In this document: positions 25,826 to 31,234 of the stretch, in pieces
Layout: each line of letters starts with the position of its first letter
Numbering within the stretch: position 1 is the stretch's first letter
IMG/VR virus record: IMGVR_UViG_3300037424_000433
Span: 1-31,234 of that record
Reading direction: 5' to 3' (one strand)
Origin: a virus
Lineage: Duplodnaviria; Caudoviricetes
Length of the DNA: 31,234 nucleotides
Made by a program: the position numbers and the translations under genes
The notes under the pieces: model-generated
Databases searched by the model: none
The model's input: only the letters and a program-made list of their open reading frames with translations
Told to the model about the DNA's origin: nothing

Positions 25826-26298
25826 AACGACTGTTGAGTTACCAGTTCAATGACGCTATCCAGGTGGCCGAGGCGTCGATCCCGCCCAAGATCATGGCGC
25901 GGCTGGCGGGCGTTGACTACTGCTGCGGCGTCGATCCCGTCTTTGTAGGACTTCATCGGTACACGGAAGCGAAAGACGGTAGGCCATACAGCGCGACGGC
26001 GCATGTGGCGTGGACGATGCACCAAAAGCATTTGCCGTTGGCGAACCGAGTCCCAACCGTCGTGCTCCCGGTCGAGGTTGAGCCGGAAACGGTTGCGCAC
26101 GAGTTGGGCCATGCTCTACATGAGCAATTGGACTTCGGTCTCAGGGCCGCGCCCGTAACGGCATACGCGCAGACGAACCGATGGGAAGCATTCGCCGAGG
26201 CATTCACGGCCTGGCTCGGCTGGTACGGAGAGGACTTCCGGGCCGCGGTGGACGAGAAGACAAGGGCTCTATTCCATCGCTTGGCGATGGGCAACTAG
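25822..26298 (+). CDS. Zincin metallopeptidase (HExxH...E)
   Basis: VAHELGH and YAQTNRWEAFAEAF. Confidence 0.7.
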   Translation: MKRLLSYQFNDAIQVAEASIPPKIMARLAGVDYCCGVDPVFVGLHRYTEAKDGRPYSATAHVAWTMHQKHLPLANRVPTVVLPVEVEPETVAHELGHALHEQLDFGLRAAPVTAYAQTNRWEAFAEAFTAWLGWYGEDFRAAVDEKTRALFHRLAMGN

Positions 26299-26307
26299 GA
26301 GGCACGC

Positions 26308-26712
26308 ATGGCAGGCAGCAAGTCAAACGCGCTCGAGAACTCGATCTTGAATCACATCCTTGGAGGCCCGGACTTCACGCGCCCGGCGACGGTCTATCTG
26401 GCTCTGTACACTACCGGGCAGAATGACTCGGGTGCTGGCACCGAGGTCTCGGCCGCGGATTATACGCGCCTGGCGATCACGAACAACGCCACCAACTTCC
26501 CAGCTGCGGCCAGCGGGGCGAAGTCGAACGGTACTGACTTCGTGTTCCCTGAGGCCGTGAATGCTTGGGGCCTTATAGTCGCGTGGACGTTGCTTGATGC
26601 GGCGACCGCCGGGAACATGCTGTACTGGGGCGACTTCACCCAGACGCAGACCATCGGGGTGGGTTCGGCGGCCAAGGTCAAAGCAGGGGACCTGGATTTC
26701 TCTGAGGACTGA
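26308..26712 (+). CDS. Small virion structural protein (fibre/decoration-associated family)
   Basis: SNALEN.ILNH, YLALYT, EVS..DY.R, FP.A...WG, DAATAGN; GGAGG RBS. Confidence 0.7.
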   Translation: MAGSKSNALENSILNHILGGPDFTRPATVYLALYTTGQNDSGAGTEVSAADYTRLAITNNATNFPAAASGAKSNGTDFVFPEAVNAWGLIVAWTLLDAATAGNMLYWGDFTQTQTIGVGSAAKVKAGDLDFSED

Positions 26713-26714
26713 CG

Positions 26715-27677
26715 ATGATCCTCCTCACCAGCACCTCCGACAAGGTTCAGGTCATCACCGGGCAGGCGGTCACGGTGTCTGTCCACGCGTCCTGGGTGGA
26801 TTACAACGGGACGGCGGTGACTCCGGGGCGCTTGAACACCGCCATCTCTACGGCCGCGACAACCGACGTTGTTCCCTCTCCTGGAGCAAGCGTTCAGCGG
26901 AACCTCAAGACGCTCTCTGTGCGGAACAAGCACGCGACCTCCAGCGTGACGGTGACGATCCAGCACACGGACGGGACCACGATTGCGGAGCTGGACAAGC
27001 GCGTTCTAGGCCCCGGCGCGTCGATCCTGTACGACGAGGGGCAGGGGTTCATCCCGCTGTCCTCGGGGCTGATTGAGACGCACCCGTGGGACGGGAAGCT
27101 CATCGCCGCGTTCAACGGCGGTGACCCGGTTCATGCCATGCGGCACATCCAGAGGGCGAGCAACATCGCCCCTACCCCGACCAACATCACGACTTCGGTG
27201 GCCCGGTGCTCGTCCTTCCGGCCTGACGCCGACATCACCGTCAACACCATCCGGTTCTATGGGGTTGGTGCGACGACCAACGTCTACCGCTGCGCCATCT
27301 ACCGATACTCCGACCTCGCAAGACTGACGGCGGAACTGCCATTCTCCACCGCGGCGGCCACATGGGGCGTTGCCGGGTCGGGTCTGGGACTTGCTCTATC
27401 CGCGGGTGTGAACTACTTCCTCGCCGTTTCCGTGAACGCGACCGGAACAACCGCGGGCATTAGCGCCTTGGGCACAACCGTCGCCGCCACTACGGGGCAG
27501 ATCGCCACGGCGCCGAATGCTCTTCCTGGAAACCTCCAGATGAGCCTCGGCTACTTCTACGGCTACCGCTTCCAGTTCGCCGTCTCGACTGGCGCGCTCC
27601 CGAATCCCGCCAATGCCCTCGTGGGCCAGGCCACTTGGACCGGGGGTATGCCGGCCTTTTTCTTGGATGCGGCATGA
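26715..27677 (+). CDS. Beta-rich structural protein (two domains)
   Basis: Thr/Ser/Gly-rich; in operon with structural genes. Confidence 0.55.
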   Translation: MILLTSTSDKVQVITGQAVTVSVHASWVDYNGTAVTPGRLNTAISTAATTDVVPSPGASVQRNLKTLSVRNKHATSSVTVTIQHTDGTTIAELDKRVLGPGASILYDEGQGFIPLSSGLIETHPWDGKLIAAFNGGDPVHAMRHIQRASNIAPTPTNITTSVARCSSFRPDADITVNTIRFYGVGATTNVYRCAIYRYSDLARLTAELPFSTAAATWGVAGSGLGLALSAGVNYFLAVSVNATGTTAGISALGTTVAATTGQIATAPNALPGNLQMSLGYFYGYRFQFAVSTGALPNPANALVGQATWTGGMPAFFLDAA

Positions 27678-28639
27678 CGCTCGGAACCTTTCACCCCGAC
27701 CTGCTCCCCAAGTCGTGGCTCGACCCAGAGCTGACGGCTTCGGCTTGGTTCTGGGAGGACCTGCTCGACGCGCAGGCCGGAAACTACCTGGAGTTGATCG
27801 GCTCATCGTCTGGAATTGCTACCACAACCGCCCTGCTCCTGGCCGTCCGGGTGCTCGTAGGGAACACCTCGGGCGTCAGTACGGCGTTGGGAATGCTCTC
27901 TGCTGTTGAGGCCCTGATCGGGGCGGCAAGCGGCATGGGAGTGGCCACCGGCGAGCTCTCTGCAAGCAAGGCCCTGGCGGGTGGTTCGGCTGGCCAGGCT
28001 CAAGCGGTGGCCATTCTCTCCGCGCTGCGGTCCCTCGTAGGAGCATCGGCTGGCCTTGCTTCTCCAACGGCCGCCCTGAGTGCCGTTCGCTCTCTCGTGG
28101 GATCCAGTTCGGGGTCGTCCATTGCGACCGCCATCCTGGAACTTGTTACAGGCGGGGCGACGTATCTGGAGTTGATCGGGGCCTCATCTGGCGAGTCGAG
28201 CACACATGGAGACCTATCACGTCTGGCGCTGATGGCGGGAGAGTCGGCCGGGCAGGCGAACACGTCTGCCTATCTCTCCATGCTCGCCATGCTCGCCGGA
28301 GCCTCAGAGGGCACATCGACCGCAACCGCCTCTCTGGCAAGCCTAATCTCCCTGCGCGGCGGGTCTGTTGGGGCGTCCCTGACCACGGCTGAGTTGTCGG
28401 CTCTCCAGCACTTCATCGGGAGCTCTGAGGGGCAGGCCACGATCGCCGCCCTGTTGGACCTGCGGGACATCGCCGGGCTGCTTGTGACGACATCGCCTGT
28501 CGAGACAACGGTGGACGTCACGAGCGCACATGCGTGGGTGGTCACGCCATCGAATGAGTTGGCCTGGATCGTGACCCCAGGTGAGGCCGCTGACTACGTT
28601 GAGGCATTGACCGAGTACATCGGCGAGATGATCGAATGA
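27674..28639 (+). CDS. Repetitive fibre-like structural protein (about 20-aa repeats)
   Basis: Repeats of L.G.S.G....A.L....; duplicated YLELIG. Confidence 0.6.
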   Translation: MTLGTFHPDLLPKSWLDPELTASAWFWEDLLDAQAGNYLELIGSSSGIATTTALLLAVRVLVGNTSGVSTALGMLSAVEALIGAASGMGVATGELSASKALAGGSAGQAQAVAILSALRSLVGASAGLASPTAALSAVRSLVGSSSGSSIATAILELVTGGATYLELIGASSGESSTHGDLSRLALMAGESAGQANTSAYLSMLAMLAGASEGTSTATASLASLISLRGGSVGASLTTAELSALQHFIGSSEGQATIAALLDLRDIAGLLVTTSPVETTVDVTSAHAWVVTPSNELAWIVTPGEAADYVEALTEYIGEMIE

Positions 28640-28926
28640 GCGCCTACGAGCAGGGCCAGGTCGTGAGAGCGACGGGGACATTCAAGGACTCGGCCGGGAA
28701 TCTGGTCGACCCGTCCGTCGTGAAGTTCCGCACGCGCACACCGGCGGCCGTCGTCACCGAATACACCTACGGGGTGAATGGCGATCTTGTGAAGGACTCG
28801 ACGGGCGTCTATCACTTCGACATTGTTCTTGAGACGGCCGGCCTGTGGAAGTACCGCTGGGTCTCCACCGGAATCGGCGCGGCGGCGAAGGTTGTGAGCC
28901 TGGACGTTGCGGAGGCAGAGTTCTGA
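28636..28926 (+). CDS. Small Ig-like structural protein
   Basis: G.LVDP, KDSTGVYH, GLWKYRW. Confidence 0.55.
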   Translation: MSAYEQGQVVRATGTFKDSAGNLVDPSVVKFRTRTPAAVVTEYTYGVNGDLVKDSTGVYHFDIVLETAGLWKYRWVSTGIGAAAKVVSLDVAEAEF

Positions 28927-29735
28927 TGGATCGTATCGAGGTCCGGCTTCAGGCGCGCGAGCTGGTCGGCCAGGCGATTGATGTCCTGGCGGCGCGCGGC
29001 GTTGCCTTGCCCGATGCGCTCAAGCGGCGGGATCCACGCGAGCCAAGGCGGCGCGAGAAGGAAGCAGCCGAGGACAGACTGACGCGCTGGGTGCTTCGCC
29101 ATTGGTCGAGACAGCGCAGGCACGTCCGGGAGGTCCTTGAGGCGCAGGCCACGAAGCAGGCCACTCTATCCGACCCGCTTGGCGACGTGGACGAGGACGA
29201 TCTGGTGTCTCTCCAGATGATCCTTCGGGATGGGGCTTCCGGGGGTGTCGAGCTATTCGCTGCGGCGACGAACCTTGGCTTCGAGTTCACATCGTCCAAG
29301 ACCAGGGCGTATGACTGGGCGCTGGATCACTCGGGGCGCTTCCTGCAGATGCTTGACGCAACCAGTCAACAGGCGGTGCGCAAGCTCGTATCGCAGTTCA
29401 TTGCCACGCCGGGAATGACGATTGCAGACGTGATGGAGCTTCTGCCATTCAACGAGGAACGCGCGTTGAGAGTGGCGGTGACGGAGATCACAGGGGCCTA
29501 CGCGCAGGGCCAGATACTTGCGGGGCAGGACCTGAGAGCGGAGTTCCCTGGCGTGAAGGTGGTCGTGTACTGGTTCACAAACAACGATGAGCGCGTGTGC
29601 GAGATCTGCTCAGAGTTGGATGGCGAGAGCGTTGAGCTTGGCAACCTGTTCCCGAGCAGCATCATCGGCGGGGTGGAGAAGCCGCCCGCGCATGTGAATT
29701 GCCGGTGCTGGTGCGAGACGACGACGGAGATCTGA
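28926..29735 (+). CDS. Minor head morphogenesis protein (MuF / SPP1 gp7)
   Basis: RALRVAVTE, W.T.ND.RVC..C, PPAHVNCRC. Confidence 0.88.
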   Translation: MDRIEVRLQARELVGQAIDVLAARGVALPDALKRRDPREPRRREKEAAEDRLTRWVLRHWSRQRRHVREVLEAQATKQATLSDPLGDVDEDDLVSLQMILRDGASGGVELFAAATNLGFEFTSSKTRAYDWALDHSGRFLQMLDATSQQAVRKLVSQFIATPGMTIADVMELLPFNEERALRVAVTEITGAYAQGQILAGQDLRAEFPGVKVVVYWFTNNDERVCEICSELDGESVELGNLFPSSIIGGVEKPPAHVNCRCWCETTTEI

Positions 29736-30199
29736 TGCCTGACCAGATGGTGTCCATCCAGATCATTGGGGCCGACCGCCTAGAGAAGGCATTCAACCGC
29801 TTCCCGAAAGAGGCGTGGCGCCACTGGAAGGCAGCGGCGAAGGAAGCGGGATCGCTGGTCATTCGGCAGAGGGGCCTCAAGGCGTACCCAAAGTCGGGGC
29901 CGGGAAACAAGCCTCCGACACCGTACTATGTAAGAGGGATTGGGACGCAATACGCCAGCTTCAATGCGGGCAACTCGGAGCGGTACGGGTCGCGCTTTGA
30001 GGTCAACGCCGAACCCTACGGGGCGAAGATCACGAACGACGCCAGCTACGCGCAGTACCTAGGCGGTGAGAAGCAGGCGTACCGGATGGCCTCGATTGGG
30101 TGGAGAAAATTGTGGGACGTGGCGCACGAGATGCGCGGGAACATCTACGTCATCTATCAAATGTGGACCGACAAGCTCCTGAAGTCTGTCGGCCTGTGA
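29735..30199 (+). CDS. HK97 gp10-like / neck-associated protein
   Basis: IQIIGADRL..AF, YP, YVR, NDASYAQYL. Confidence 0.55.
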   Translation: MPDQMVSIQIIGADRLEKAFNRFPKEAWRHWKAAAKEAGSLVIRQRGLKAYPKSGPGNKPPTPYYVRGIGTQYASFNAGNSERYGSRFEVNAEPYGAKITNDASYAQYLGGEKQAYRMASIGWRKLWDVAHEMRGNIYVIYQMWTDKLLKSVGL

Positions 30200-30207
30200 G
30201 GTGAGAA

Positions 30208-31234
30208 GTGCCATACGTCATCGTTGATCGAGGCGAGGCCGCAGGGGAAGAGCGGTTCTGCGTCTACAAGAAGGACTCCGAGGGAAAGCCGATGGGCGAT
30301 CCCTTGGGGATGCATCCGACTGAGGAAGAGGCGCAGGCGCAGGTAGCCGCGCTGTACGCCGCGGAAGAGGGCGAGGAGAAGCCGAAGGGGCCCGTGCCGG
30401 AGCAGTTCAAGGCCGTCAAGGCTCTCGGAGACTACGAGCTCGAGGTCTTGGGTGTCCCGTTTGGCGGGCCGAATGGAGGGAAAGACTCGGACGGCGAGTA
30501 TTTCGACATCTCCTCGAAGCTGCATCTCGACACGTTCAAGGCCCCTATCGTGACGTACTACCACGGCCTGGATGCCAATGGGAAGCCGCAGGGCGACCCC
30601 GAGACCATCGCCAAGGCCGAGGTCAAGAGAGTGGACAAGCGCGGCGTGTGGTACCGCGTGCTGTTGGACAAGGCGACCGACATGGCGAAGCACCTGTGGG
30701 AGGCGGCCAAGAACGGCCTGCTCTTTGCCTCTTCGGGATCGGTCGCGCACCTGGTGAGGGTGGCCAAGGACGGGCACATTGAGAACTGGCCCGTTGCGGA
30801 GCTGGCCCTCATCGACGCAGATGGCAAACGGCAGCCGGCCAATAAGTTCGCTGTGGCCCTGCCGGCCATGAAGTCAACGTATCAACGGGGTGGTCAAGAC
30901 CTCCCCGAGATCGAAGCCGAAACGACTGAGACTGCGGCAAAGGGCGCTGAGACGCCGAAGCCCGTGGTGGTCGCCAAGGCAGAGATCAAACCGATTCCAG
31001 AACGAGGTGTTGACATGGACGAGAAAGAACTCAAGGGCGTCGTGGACGGCGCCGTGAAGGCCGCCATCGACGCAGACCGCGCCACGGCCAAGGCCGAGGT
31101 TGAGGCCGAGGCCAAGCGCAAGGTCGAGTTCGACGCCGCGGTGGCTGCCGAGGCGAAGAAAATCACCGATGCCGAGGCCGCGAAGTCGCGGCGTCTGCCC
31201 GGTGGAATGCCGACCGTGCTGAAGTTCGCCGACC
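30208..31234 (+). CDS. Prohead protease fused to scaffold/major capsid protein (3' truncated; absent from the ORF track)
   Basis: Read by hand from GTG 30208 with no stop to the window end: VPFGG...KDSDGEYF, YYHG, SSGS, WPVAELAL, PAN, then a coiled coil with in-frame GAGGTG-ATG at 31015. Confidence 0.85.
   Translation, partial: MPYVIVDRGEAAGEERFCVYKKDSEGKPMGDPLGMHPTEEEAQAQVAALYAAEEGEEKPKGPVPEQFKAVKALGDYELEVLGVPFGGPNGGKDSDGEYFDISSKLHLDTFKAPIVTYYHGLDANGKPQGDPETIAKAEVKRVDKRGVWYRVLLDKATDMAKHLWEAAKNGLLFASSGSVAHLVRVAKDGHIENWPVAELALIDADGKRQPANKFAVALPAMKSTYQRGGQDLPEIEAETTETAAKGAETPKPVVVAKAEIKPIPERGVDMDEKELKGVVDGAVKAAIDADRATAKAEVEAEAKRKVEFDAAVAAEAKKITDAEAAKSRRLPGGMPTVLKFAD

Larger units (their letters stand above)
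1..31234. mobile_element. Tailed dsDNA bacteriophage (siphovirus-like) genome segment, circularly permuted
   Basis: Terminase, portal, MuF, prohead protease/capsid, tail chaperone frameshift, tape measure, endolysin and holins in modular order; no host housekeeping genes. Confidence 0.95.

Noticed and set aside
27785-28191. Duplicated YLELIG segment as a DGR template/variable repeat pair
   Set aside because: Short, in-frame within a repeat protein, differences not adenine-specific, and no reverse transcriptase in the window
1-31234. tRNA, rRNA, IS elements or prophage attL/attR ends
   Set aside because: None recognisable by eye; no host genes or transposase present (tRNAscan-SE not run)

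Overview
This window is most of a GC-rich tailed (siphovirus-like) phage genome, circularly permuted: it starts inside the major tail gene and ends inside a protease-capsid fusion gene. Gene order: tail (chaperone with -1 frameshift, short tape measure, tail-tip genes), GH25 endolysin and holins, a small accessory operon, a leftward early operon (HNHs, Gp3/RDF-like recombination protein), a divergent control region, a rightward DNA-metabolism operon (two methyltransferases, replication initiator, DUF1064), then terminase, portal, an inserted structural module, MuF and head genes. Several families suggest a Chloroflexota host (inference from recalled family patterns). No integrase or CI-type repressor is visible. 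The main finding is a two-cassette integron-like array at 10306-10987: an attI-like site followed by two canonical but long attC sites. Each cassette ORF reads through its whole attC and stops inside the L' box, so the recombination site is itself protein-coding. Also present: a separate family of three related bipartite sites (19771-20730) and several structured leaders or switches. All protein calls come from motif recognition by eye; no searches were run.
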